A stretch of DNA of 32,000 bases from the NCBI GenBank assembly GCA_024277355.1, contig JAJRVL010000001.1, forward strand, positions 90,001 to 122,000. Reading direction: 5' to 3'. Below the pieces are notes generated by a model. That model saw only the letters and a list, made by a program, of their open reading frames with translations. It ran no database searches and was not told where the DNA came from. Numbering within the stretch: the stretch's first letter is position 1; the number at the start of each line of letters is the position of its first letter. Below, piece after piece: positions 9,501 through 19,100 of this stretch. The translations under genes were made by a program, and so were the position numbers. This DNA comes from an archaeon (lineage in GTDB: Archaea > Iainarchaeota > Iainarchaeia > Iainarchaeales > 1-14-0-10-31-34).

Positions 9501-10750
9501 AAGAATTAGGGAAAAATAAGACAATAGGATTAATTGGTTATGGAGTTGGAGCATTAGGGGGTTGTATAGGAGCAGGAGCATTAACCGGAGGATTTGGATG
9601 GCTTGACTGTATTTTAAATGCAGGAATTCCAACAGCAATTGGTGCTTTTTCTGACAGAGGATCAGTTTATGATACAGCAAAAACTGGTTATCAAAACGCA
9701 TTAGCTTCAGTCGGAGTAGGTAAAGTAGAATTAAATCAAATAAGAGAAGAAACTTCTGATTTAACTGACCCTCAGTTTTTCGGAGAACTTGAATTAATGA
9801 CTGCAATGACCAGAGGAGCACAAGAAACAGTTAAATTAGTTCTTCCAGTAAAAGAAGAAGCAAAAGTTGCAGCCCAAGCTGCAAAAGATTTAGCTTCAAG
9901 TGGCTCAAAAGAATTACTTGATGAACTTACATCAATAAATACAGATGTAAAAAGTTTTAATAACGCAAGAAAATTATTAAGCCAGTCTGAAATAACTGAA
10001 ATAGGAACTTTTCCTCCAGGCACAAAAGTAAGAGTAACAGCTATAAGAACAGCTGATGTTGGCGGACTAAAATTTATTAGAACTACAAGTGCTACCAACC
10101 CTTTACTAGTGGAGGGAACAACCACATTCCCTGGATTCCAAGATAAATATGATGATTTAATTAAATCCTTTAAAACAGCTAAAATTGGAAATAGGACAAT
10201 CCCAGGAATAGATAGTTTAATTGATGAATCATTTAAGACCACTGGAAAAAAACCAGTGTCTGTTTTGAATGACTTAGCTTCAGACCCTGATAGAGGATTA
10301 CTAAAAAGAATTGATGATTGGGGAGCAAAAGTTGATCAAGTAGCAGTTGATACTCCTGAAGGAAAAATATTGAAAGCAGTAAAAGAAACATTTGTTGAAA
10401 ACGCAGGAGACGACATAAGTTATGGCGGAAAACCAATAAGGCAAACAGGAATAACAAAACTTAAAGGTACAACTAAAATTCCAAGCATTTTATCTGATGC
10501 AAAAGCTTTTTCAACTAAAGGAAAAATTTTATCTTTCCTTGAAAGAAATCCAAGACTAAAAGCATTAGGAAAAGGAATAGTTATTTCTGGAGGCGGAGCA
10601 ATGTTAGGAGGAATGGCTGGCTGGATGTTAGCTAATGCTTTCTTAGGAGACTTTGAAGAAATCCCAGAAGCTCAAGCAGACGTTTCAGCAATAACTTTTA
10701 GAAAAGGATTTACTTATGAAGTTAAAGTAGGAAAAAACCAGACAGGATAA
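3536..10750 (+). CDS. Giant surface-anchored protein 1 (2404 aa to first stop; possible in-frame extension to 10894)
   Basis: Continuous ORF. N-terminal peptide ISEKLGGIYSALENKFFGFFDFLEEKGIPVYSVIEPIEDKGIPFFPL is followed by a TM (TIALIVLLLVSAFGFA), then repeated CarboxypepD_reg/CnaB-like modules (e.g. DKETDTAVSGVVVLIDWKERKEEKTADTSGLVEF) and a C-terminal region with Gly-rich hydrophobic segments. Confidence 0.9.
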   Translation: MISEKLGGIYSALENKFFGFFDFLEEKGIPVYSVIEPIEDKGIPFFPLTIALIVLLLVSAFGFASAGPFEAKIELNLKDSYGNPLTQVKVLVKDKTGQNLFSETKNHGDMISINASAGTELFFTAEKQGYEKNTAKIKVINESSEIELTLKKLINTIKGKIKFYDKETDTAVSGVVVLIDWKERKEEKTADTSGLVEFLDIPLEEDILITAKSDSYYEYSGIINFESEETKSVYLTPKEIAFAGESNLIITLFEKETGKLLENAKIKVYSDNELIDEKIVSDGVYSENFPKGIVVRFTAEKDGFKLFESDEFTLRSEEENAGSIELETGGKEVIIKVVYSDTKNPSVGAEVTLFNSQNEIINSFFTLYEGQTEFKGLGEEEYFIGAVKEGYLPAIKRIENGTETLELIKENENNSKPLTVLTINENEKVIENASLFFTQIIEGIEIPLGLGIRKTDAAGKLNLNVPLNAEIYVKAVKDLLTGKEKILIGEYNNNLLIKMEKKDSVKSIKFFDEKGQIVQGNLVIKTKEGEVLFDDEITEEEILFDAGNKNFVEIELTTTNKTYSEEINLEGKKDIKLNFDSTVYSKNAPEIEFLGVYDISGNEIEGITKGKEYILKFKTDWSKKTEKGGLHFRTGNDSIKYADSEDIGITGFDAPAVNYFYGRTYSMTPSPGNKEIDYSNKGQGGKLNKFVEIYFNKPEGTKIIKIRIKASELISAEKIKVKFRGWTETKSGFSRTPIDEIIGTTKDSGERQGLYAETKEIELKVYDSEPECIEEVCAEYNIIDETGKVYDKKDFFALKNKVYALELNLEARKTIQANFKLNTSNENPRIAFTGKQVNSFSQFIDNDNSDTLTEFTETVSRKGTKIRVYFKAKEKGESFIDSRITTLKDSMQENFYFKIFEEKEMQLTIPETANQGKDFEIRILEEGTGIENAEISFYNSQGRLETVIIGNEFNGKNGRYKIKNNFKAGNYLVKITADKFKTEEKQISVIYGKGLELEEEVKLNIPANELFASKRTKINNSSGERIENLSYELNGNLPKEFKLSVNLPLTLNSGEETEIELIAEYSGNSNAVVFGETEIIITGTINEIPIKAITKAKINYNQKLDEKCLEFDRSELKEYLIGAGGNSKQIELGLKNNCNVPLEFELEFKSKGNKDNEIEFNAGKIRIEKDEIKNIKIGVINKIQRNYVNQIELDYDIYFKSSQLTKTIPAKIILWHERYSLSVSPSIVLWLTQSKKGEKAVSRTPIFIRNTGFTDIQNLSFSFQFTKPGNTELKILWGNTPQKNIEVLGKGMGLIPPMIVEAQTNTKENQIIIGKIIVNGVIEGKQYMLREINTFINVSSGWSCLEAWSDDMQFYSDNAEFGGIDKILNITNNCVEPVIIKGLEPEKIGGNEINLIDRDYMLSPGASDGFIVRLTKQAEANQKTKLKVIGIGQNSRKTINSMPFEIEIAIGKGSGLCGDGEEPCKAENETTVEYCDESGYATMYFPKQSSNCSEGYCDAEELGKFLAEKFQEEIRKAQLRIAELKSVENLGSKCDYYNNYCSFGAMGITTSSFEFYFKNDNLSQDMLKNEIKKLEVKELQNYFIRPGETENELYSSAGNSFGEHLLLVPSIRGCGRYQARILGATATHGNEFKDNSISLLLKIEPREETPECYNRIQNFMNFLPLNESYSPANNKGSWLGIIIKDEDPEIEELQRNFSRTLFKDEKGIRITTVKQNNFITLREGNFDSTKGIVKIAIERKGKSNTPKEIDIYITDDFFNAPEEVRNDIASEAGAIISSLKNGRIEKGCISKELDYLILGSVTDITEIANIQWKDKTKLINLYPDAYSCADLKLQSKIESPETVLSWNLVNEELQGIQKTETVLKYKDGREITNKGEEIIPLNRVEWTEEGNLYSFNSELCFKGSDNPRQAMGSKIKLNVEGLKERTLQFGVCAITPIEFIERSRTKTKIGKWFATVDWKNKPEELPFTSAQAQYYLDNPEQSPAFKRDKELGKNKTIGLIGYGVGALGGCIGAGALTGGFGWLDCILNAGIPTAIGAFSDRGSVYDTAKTGYQNALASVGVGKVELNQIREETSDLTDPQFFGELELMTAMTRGAQETVKLVLPVKEEAKVAAQAAKDLASSGSKELLDELTSINTDVKSFNNARKLLSQSEITEIGTFPPGTKVRVTAIRTADVGGLKFIRTTSATNPLLVEGTTTFPGFQDKYDDLIKSFKTAKIGNRTIPGIDSLIDESFKTTGKKPVSVLNDLASDPDRGLLKRIDDWGAKVDQVAVDTPEGKILKAVKETFVENAGDDISYGGKPIRQTGITKLKGTTKIPSILSDAKAFSTKGKILSFLERNPRLKALGKGIVISGGGAMLGGMAGWMLANAFLGDFEEIPEAQADVSAITFRKGFTYEVKVGKNQTG

Positions 10751-10894
10751 CCAACATATAAATATTCAGAAGTTTCAACAGAAGAAATTCCATTAATTAA
10801 AAACGAACAAAGATTAGACACTGATGCATGTCAAAAAGAACTGCAAAAACTTGAATTAAATATTCAGGCAGAAGAAGAACCTGAAGCCTCTTAA
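10751..10894 (+). other. In-frame coding-like extension of giant protein 1 beyond TAA
   Basis: Same frame as the upstream ORF, 47 sense codons then TAA at 10892-10894: PTYKYSEVSTEEIPLIKNEQRLDTDACQKELQKLELNIQAEEEPEAS. Confidence 0.5.
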
Positions 10895-10960
10895 AGAATA
10901 CCTAAAAAATATAAACTATAACCGACTAATATAATAGAATAATTTTTTGGGGAAAAAAAA

Positions 10961-12664
10961 ATGAATAAAAAAGGTTTTACTTTATTTACTGCTTTGGTTT
11001 CTTTTGTTTTAATTTTATTAAGTGCAATGTTAGTCCAGACAATGATTAAAGCTGAAAGAGACAGAACAGAAGTAATATCAAACATTGAAGAACAAGCAGA
11101 AATGCAGGCAATGGCAGACTTAACAAGAGCTGAAGCATTACAGACATTTAATTATACTATAAGAAAAAGAATGGAAGAATACTTCAGTAACCCAACAAAC
11201 ACAATTGAAATTTACCCGCAAGAAAATAATTTTCAGGAAATACAAGAAAAGTTTGCTGAAAGATTTTTTGGAGCAGGCGGAACAGGAGACCAGTTTATCA
11301 ACGATATGGCAGTAACAATAACAGAATCAATGCCTTCAACTAAATTTATTGGCCCATATGAAATTTCAGTTAAATTTAAAGGAACAGGAGTAACAGAACA
11401 AAAAGAAATTTTATTTGCTTCATTAAAAGAATTATTTAAAAAAAGCGTTGAAGCAGGAGAATTTTTTGAGGTTGTTAACTGTGAAAACGGAAACCCCCAA
11501 GACTGTTTAGGAACATTTTACCTTAATTTAGACACATCAGATTTAAGTGAAGAAACCTATGAATCTTTTCCGCAAATTAAAGTACATAATCCAAGAACTC
11601 AAAGAATTTTACAGGAATCAATTTTTCCTAAAGGAAAAATCAAAATATATGTCCCAATCAGATTATTTAAAGCAATAGCTGAAGCAAGAAGCCTTGCATT
11701 AGAATATGAAAAAGAAACAGGAAATTCATGGAAAACAAATTATGGATTATTTTCTCCAAGAATTCATAATGAAATAGAAGAAATGAAATTAGGAATATGC
11801 GATCCTTCTTACTGCAGTTTAAGAACTAATCCTTATGTTCCTCCTGAAAACAAAAACATGCAAATTCCCTGCCCTAATACAACTGGATTCCCAGTAGCTG
11901 AAATAAATTATCCTTCAGTTAAATGCACTACTGATTTATTAGAAAGAGGATTATGTTTTGATTCTTCAGGAAATCCAGTAGCAGTGGGAAGAAAAATTTT
12001 AAGTTATAGTCCAAATACAGCACCAAATACAACTGAAGAAAACCTATTTGATCCAAATAATCAGGGAAAAAAAATATCTGAATTAGCAGGAAAAAGATTA
12101 TGCAAATTAATTCAGGAAAATATTGCTACAGGAGATTACTTGGATTTTGATTCTGCTGATGATTTTATTTTAGGACAAGATGACAGTTATGCTTTTGTAT
12201 GCAATCTTTCAGACAGAAAAAAAGTTTCAATGTCAATTATTTCAACTACAAGAAATTCAGTTAAAGTGGATTTACAGGGAGCAGGTTCAGCAAGTCTTGA
12301 TCCAGGTTTTAATAGAAGATATAATGCAAACAATAATTATGGAGGAACAGCTTCTTGCCCGCAGAATTCTGCATCTAATTCATTATTGTGGGGAACTTAT
12401 GGAATAGGAATTAATGCAGATAATAAAATAATTCAAAAAACAAAAGATTCAGCTAGCTGTTTAGGTTTTCCTTTAGGAATAACTCCAAATTATGCAACTT
12501 GTTCTGAAGTAAGCAAAATAGCAATAAGAATTCCATTCAAAGAAACAAACAAAAATTATATTATTGACAAAACAAACAAACCAGTTTATGTAATTGAATT
12601 AATTGACGATAAGTTTACTCCTGATTCTTACACTGATGCATTTCATCAGACAACAAGATTTTAA
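10961..12664 (+). CDS. Pseudopilin-like (class III signal / GspK-like) surface protein, 567 aa to first stop
   Basis: N-terminus MNKKGFTLFTALVSFVLILLSAMLVQTMIKAERDRTEVISNIEEQAEMQ has a KKG|FTL prepilin-like site, one hydrophobic helix and a long amphipathic continuation. Extracellular-like Cys-containing body. Preceded by a ggggaaaaaaaa leader. Confidence 0.6.
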   Translation: MNKKGFTLFTALVSFVLILLSAMLVQTMIKAERDRTEVISNIEEQAEMQAMADLTRAEALQTFNYTIRKRMEEYFSNPTNTIEIYPQENNFQEIQEKFAERFFGAGGTGDQFINDMAVTITESMPSTKFIGPYEISVKFKGTGVTEQKEILFASLKELFKKSVEAGEFFEVVNCENGNPQDCLGTFYLNLDTSDLSEETYESFPQIKVHNPRTQRILQESIFPKGKIKIYVPIRLFKAIAEARSLALEYEKETGNSWKTNYGLFSPRIHNEIEEMKLGICDPSYCSLRTNPYVPPENKNMQIPCPNTTGFPVAEINYPSVKCTTDLLERGLCFDSSGNPVAVGRKILSYSPNTAPNTTEENLFDPNNQGKKISELAGKRLCKLIQENIATGDYLDFDSADDFILGQDDSYAFVCNLSDRKKVSMSIISTTRNSVKVDLQGAGSASLDPGFNRRYNANNNYGGTASCPQNSASNSLLWGTYGIGINADNKIIQKTKDSASCLGFPLGITPNYATCSEVSKIAIRIPFKETNKNYIIDKTNKPVYVIELIDDKFTPDSYTDAFHQTTRF

Positions 12665-12805
12665 GTTAATAATTCAACTTGTGGTTTAGGAAGCGAAACT
12701 TCAAATTCATGCGATATTGACGAATGGACTTGTGAAAGTTTAGGTCCTTCAGGGGGAATGCCAGGCGGGGGAGATGATTCAGCAGGAGGCTGTAAAGTTC
12801 CTTAA
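12665..12805 (+). other. In-frame Cys-rich coding-like extension of the pseudopilin-like protein beyond TAA
   Basis: Same frame, 46 sense codons then TAA at 12803-12805: VNNSTCGLGSETSNSCDIDEWTCESLGPSGGMPGGGDDSAGGCKVP. Confidence 0.6.
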
Positions 12806-13118
12806 AAAAAACAGGAAAATAAAAATAAAAAAATAACAGAAAAAAATAATCAATAAAACAAAAATGAAAAAAATAACAAAAGAAAAAAAACAATGAAATA
12901 AAAAAAATTACGTAAAAAAAAGAAAAAATTCAAGAAAAAAACGCAAAAAAACAATAAAAAAAGAAAAGAAAAAAAAATTAAATTACAAAAAAAGTTTGGA
13001 AGTTAATTCATTAAAAAAACCAATAGAAAACAGCAAAAACGCAAAGATATATAAACAAATAAATACACAAAAAATATAGCTAAATAAAATTAAACATAAT
13101 TTATTAAAGAGGGCTTAA
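12806..13118 (+). other. Strongly A-rich, C/T-poor intergenic segment (most extreme to about 13000)
   Basis: Long A/G runs such as gtaaaaaaaagaaaaaattcaagaaaaaaacgcaaaaaaacaataaaaaaagaaaagaaaaaaaaatt. It separates the pseudopilin-like gene from giant gene 2. Confidence 0.8.
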
Positions 13119-16100
13119 ATGGGTTTGAAAGAAGTTTATTCTGCAATAGAAACCAAATATTATAATTTCATGGATGCGATAGACGAAAAAGGAATTCCAG
13201 TGTATAAAGCAATTGATTTTGTTGAATCAAAAAGCATTCCTTCTTTTCCTTTAGCAGTTATTTTTTTTGTATTAATTTTATCAGGATTAATTTTAACTTT
13301 AAATGGCGGAAGCTTACTGCAGAATACAACTGAATTTGAATTAATGATAACAGATGGAACAACAGCAATACAAGGAACAACAATAAGTTATTTTTTAGGA
13401 GAAAAACAAATTACAGTTACAACTAATAATCAAGGAAAAGCAGTAATTGAAGTAACTCAAGGAAAAGAATTTTCAGTTACAGCAGAAAAAAATGGATTTA
13501 AAAAAATAACTAAAACTTTTGATGCAAAAGATGAAAAAGCAACACTTGTTTTAATTGCAGATATATTAAAGCCAATTAAAATCCAGTTATTAGGAAAAGG
13601 AAACGAATTATTAGAAGAAGAAATAAAAGTTTCTTTTACTTGTTCTGAAAATGACAAATGGAATGAAATAGTTTTATTTAACACAGGAACAACAAATTTA
13701 GCTGATGTTCCGGCAAACTGCGGAAAAATTTTAGCTGAACCAATAGGGAAAAAATGTTCAGACTGTGACTTTGATGCATATGATTCATTAATTAAAATTT
13801 ATTTAGAAGAAACCACAACAGAAAAAGGAACAATTAATTTTACTGTATTAGATGACAAAGGAAATTATGCTGAAGCAATACAAGTAATGGTTATTCCCAC
13901 AGGAAATTTAAAAGAAGAAGATTCATGCTATACTTTTAATGGTTTATGTGAAACAGAAGTCCCATTTGGAACTTATTATATTAGAGCAACGGATTCAACA
14001 GGAAAATTAAGAGATTATGATTCAAGAAAAGATACAATAACTATTACATTAAATTCAAATAACCAAAACATTGATTTTGAAGAAATAATTTTAGGACAAG
14101 GAGTAATTGGACAAATAAAAATTAAAATTAAAAGTGAAACAGGAAATTTAATTGAAGATGCATTAGTCAGATTATTTAAAGATAATTCTGAAATAAACCA
14201 GCAAAGAAGCAATACAGAAGGAGAAATAATATTTAATGTTGCAGAACAAATTGATTACACTGTTTCAGTTACTCATGCAAATTATTTGAATTCAGATGTA
14301 AAAACGGTTTCTCCAAAAAATGATTTTTATTCATTTTCATTAAAAGAAGCAACTTCTTCTAATAAAAGAAAAATTGAAGTAAACGTAGTAGACGAAAAAA
14401 ATGAAGCAGTAGAAAACACTAAAGTTTTCTTAAAAGATGCATTAACCGGAAGCATTGTAGGACAAGAAAAAGTAACTGGATTAGACGGAAAAGCTTCATT
14501 TGAAAGACTTCCAACAGGAAAATATATTTTAAGAGCAGAAAAAAGAGGCTTTGAAGGAAAAGATTCAAGAGTAATTGAAGTAAAAGAAAATGAATTAAAT
14601 GAAGTAACAATAAAATTAGATTTAGGACAGGGAAACCTTGACGTAATAGTTATAGATAAAGAAAAACAGCCAATTCAGTCAGCAACAATTAAAGTAATAG
14701 ATTATTTTACAGGAAAAGAAATTTTTGTTGATTCAACTGACACTGAAGGAAAAAAAAGCTTTAATATCAGAGCAGACAAAAAAGTTTATTTAGAAGTAAA
14801 TGAAAGTTCTCACTCTAATTATATTAGTGCACCGATTCAGATGTTTAATGGAACAGAAGAAAAAACAATTTTATTAGAAGATTCAATTAATTCTTTTGCA
14901 ATTAAATTAGAAGAATTAAGTTTAGAAGGACAGGAAGTAGAAAACATTACTGTTTCAGAAGGAAGAACTTATAAAGCTAAATTCAAATTAATGATTCCAA
15001 CAAATGTTTTTTCAAATAATGCAGGAGTTCATATCAGGACTGGCGCAGACACAAAAAACCAGAATAATACAATGGAAAAAGATGATTTATACATCAAAAA
15101 AGTTATTGCTTCAAATGCAAAAATAATTAAAGGAACAGCATTTAATCCAAATACAGGTTATGCAATTGACTCAAAGCATTTAACTTCAGGAAATGCAAAA
15201 TGGACAAACATAATATTTAATTCAGTTAAAGAAGGAACCTATGAAGTTGAAATAGTAATTCAGGTAAGAGAAACCTTAAACGGCAGTCCAATGGAATTAG
15301 CTTATAGAGCTTGGATTGAAAACAATGGATATCAAAGAGATCCATATGATTCAGAATTACAGGAAGCAGAAAGTTCAGCATTAAAACAAGCATTATATGC
15401 AAAAACAAGACATGAACCATTAAAGATTGGGGCATCAAGTTTATGTGCAGAAAATTTTTGTTCAAGCTTTACAATAAAAGATTTGCAGAATGCAGTAAGA
15501 ACAAATATAATTGATTCTTTTCCAGCAGAAATTTCAAGTAATTATGAATTAGAATTTAATATAATCAGCACAAGCGAAAAAACTTATTCTAATAGCGAAC
15601 TAATAATTAAAGGAAAAGGAATTGAATTAAATTCATATGAAATTCAAGGCACACAAAAAAATGCTGAAGGAGAAATCATAGTTAAAACAGGATTAATAGA
15701 AAAAGGACAAAAAATTTCAGGGACAATAAATTTCACAACAAAAAAAGAAGGAACAAACAGAATTGACTTAAGTTTGTTTGGAGAAAGTTCAACTTTAGGA
15801 AAAGAAAAAATATTATTTAAGCCTATAAGAGCTGAAGTAAAACATGCAAAAACAATGATTGTTTCAAATTCTCCTCAGAATTTAGTTCCATTTATTAAAA
15901 ATAATTTATTAGTAAGAATAACAGATGAAGAAGAAAATGAATTAAGTGAAGTAGAAATAAAAATAGAAAAGGACTTTGAATTAATTGCTTCAGGAAAAAC
16001 TGATTCAAAAGGAATTTTTGCTTTTGGGTTTGAAGCAATGAACCCAGGAACAAAAATAATTATTACTGCAGAAAAATACGGTTTTAATTCAGTTGAAAAA

Positions 16101-19100
16101 GAAATGAAAATACAGGAAAATATTATTGATGTTTCTCCTCCTGAAATAAATGAAAGCTTTAATGCAAAACAAGATTATGCAGTAACAAGAGATATAACTT
16201 TAAAGAACACAACTGAAATGCCTTTGACTGTTATTGGAGCAGAATTAACTGATTCATTCAGAGGAATGATTGAAAGTGAAATTACAGGAACAGGAAAAGA
16301 ATTAACAATAGGAAATTCAGAAAGCATTTTAATTAAACTTGAAATGACAAACAAAGGAAAAAACATTAAAACATTAACTTCTTTAAGCGGAGAAGTTGTT
16401 TTGATTTTAGAAAACCTTGAAGCAGGAAAGCAATGGACTGCAAGTGTTCCAGTAAAAATTACAATCGGGTTAGGCGGAGAAGTTGATTCAGCTGACTGTT
16501 TTAGTTTAAGTCCAAATTCATGGACTGCATTAACAGAAAATAAAACAAAAGAAATCAAATTAAATTTAGCAAATAATTGTACAGTTAAAGAAGAAAATAT
16601 TTCATTAAAAGATGTTAAAGCAAAAGTTGTATGGAAAGAAAATGCAATTGGAACATTTGAATTAACTTCAGGAATTGACGGAACAAAAACAACAACTTTA
16701 ACTAATAATTATAAGACATTAAATGAAACATTTAATCCAAATACAGGAGAAGAAGAAAATTTAACTTTAATTTTTACTCCTGATGAAATTGCTTTAGGTT
16801 CAGGCACTGCAACAATTTATTTAGAAGCAGTTAATCCAACCGAAAAAGGAAACCAAAAATTAATTCAAAAAATAGAAGTACAAACAGAAATAAGCAAATT
16901 AAGTGAATGTTTAAGGATTAGGCCTGCAAGCAATCAAATAAGAATCCAGATGAATTCATATAATTATGGTTATGGATCTATGCCAAATTACTTTGGTTAT
17001 ACTCCTCAAAATAATTATTATTACGGCATGAATCCAAATTATTTAAGTTCAGGTAACAGAAATTATCCTTTTACAAATTATCCTTATGATCCAAATGCTT
17101 CTGCCGGAAGTTTAAGAAATAACCCTAATGTAGTTTTCCCTGATGGCTGGAGAAGCCAGCAGTATCCTCATAATTATTATAATACAACTTACAGCAATCC
17201 AACAGGATTTAATCCAAACTTAAATAATGCCTGGAATACTGGTTCATTAGGCGCTCCAGGAAAAGCAACAATAGATATAGAAAATTCTTGTGCTTCAACA
17301 GTTCAAGTTGAATTAGAAGGAACACCAGAAATAAGTGTTTCCGACAGAACAATAGTATTAGAAAAAGGAAACCATAAAACAATTGAAATAACTCCAACAA
17401 TGTTTATTGGACAATATCCTTTAACTATTAGAGCAAAACATAAGAGTTCAACTGACTCAGCTTTTGAAATAGCAAAATATAATGTTTTAGTTGAATCAGA
17501 ATTTGAAAGAAATTATTATGACTGCATTAATTTAAGCAAAAGAGTATTTACTTTTAATGATGTAATACAAAAACCAGTTGAAGGAATGGTTTGGAATACC
17601 TGTTATGACACAGGAATAAGATTAAATTATCAGTCAATTCCAAGAAATTTAAGCGGAATAGGAAACTTTAATTTTCCTTCACCTCAGGACACAGGACAAA
17701 AAAGGCTTGGAAGTTCAGGAATGATTAGTTCAATTGAATTAATACAATTAGTTAATAAGCCTGGAGCAGAAGGAAAAATAATACAGGAATTAAAATTCAG
17801 AATGAGAAAAAATTTAGGTTATAGAACAGGAAAAATCCCTCAATTACCAAACCAAAACAATCCATTAATTGAATTAGCAAATTTAAGAATTAAATTAACA
17901 GGAGCATATTATACAATTGAAGCCGAAGAAAGACTTCCAATTACTTTCTTTGACAGAACAGGAAACACTCAGGTTATTCCATTTGATATTATAATAGAAG
18001 ATTTATGGGCAGGACTGCCAATAATAGCAGAAGAAATAGAATTTGGAAACCCAAATGCAGCACATCAGGAATGCATTGATGAAAGTGCATTGCAGTTTAG
18101 CGACTGTATTGCAGATGAATTATTTATTGACGGAGTAAGCAGATATATTGATGCCAGAAAAGTAATAAGAAAAGGAAAAGAATTTTGCGGCGACTCAGAC
18201 AGAATTGCAAGATTAATTAATAGCGAGATAAAAGATGATTCAGGAATTACATTGAAATTTGAAGTAAAAGACGGCGACAAAATACAGGTAATAATAGATA
18301 AAACAAAAATGAAATATAATCCAGGAAGAATTGAAGGAAAATTATATGCAAGGCTTTCAAGAGTAAGTCCATTAGAAACAAAAACCGTTGAAATTCCTTT
18401 CTCTATTGAAGTATGTGAATTAGCAGAAAAACAAGAAAAATGTTTTGATAAAATAAAAGACAAAGAAGAAATAACAAAAGATTTAATTGACGAACAATGT
18501 CCTGATTTAAGTGAAGATGAAAAACAAGGAATAATAGATAAAACAAAAGAAACAGAAGAAATCCAGTTATGTGAAAATGGGTTTACAGGAGAAACAGCAT
18601 TCAAAGAATATGGTTTAGATAAAATCAAATTAAACTGGGAATGGAATTCAATTGAAGAAAATGAATGTGACGCAGAAAACAATAATTCAATTTATTGTGA
18701 TGCAGTACAATTTGCAATTGAATTAAATAAAAAAGCAAAAAACATCCGCAATTTAGGAGTTATTGCAGGAGACTGTACTGGTTATTGTGAACAAACAGAT
18801 TCATTGAATTTATTCAGGTTTATAATAGCTAAAACAAAAGTAAAAGATGATATTACAAAAGAACTGCAATACTTTTTCCTTGATTCAAGTAATTCAATTA
18901 TTGCAGGAAAAAAGTTTGATGGAACAGAATTCAAAACAGAAATTAATACAATAAAAGAAGCATTAGAAACAGATTTAACTAATTCAAAAGCAAAAACAAT
19001 AACTCAAGTAGTTAACACAATAATTGACGCAGTTAAAACTGATTCAGCAATTGATGAAACAGCAATAATAGGAGAAATTAAATTAGGAAACATGCTTCCA

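Noticed and set aside
12666-12893. 75-aa minus-strand ORF MFFFFCYFFHFCFIDYFF...
   Set aside because: Reverse complement of the A-rich spacer plus the post-stop extension; pure low complexity.
18065-18682. 205-aa minus-strand ORF
   Set aside because: Antisense to the clearly coding giant 2; same shadow composition; no independent start context or homologous counterpart in the paralogs.
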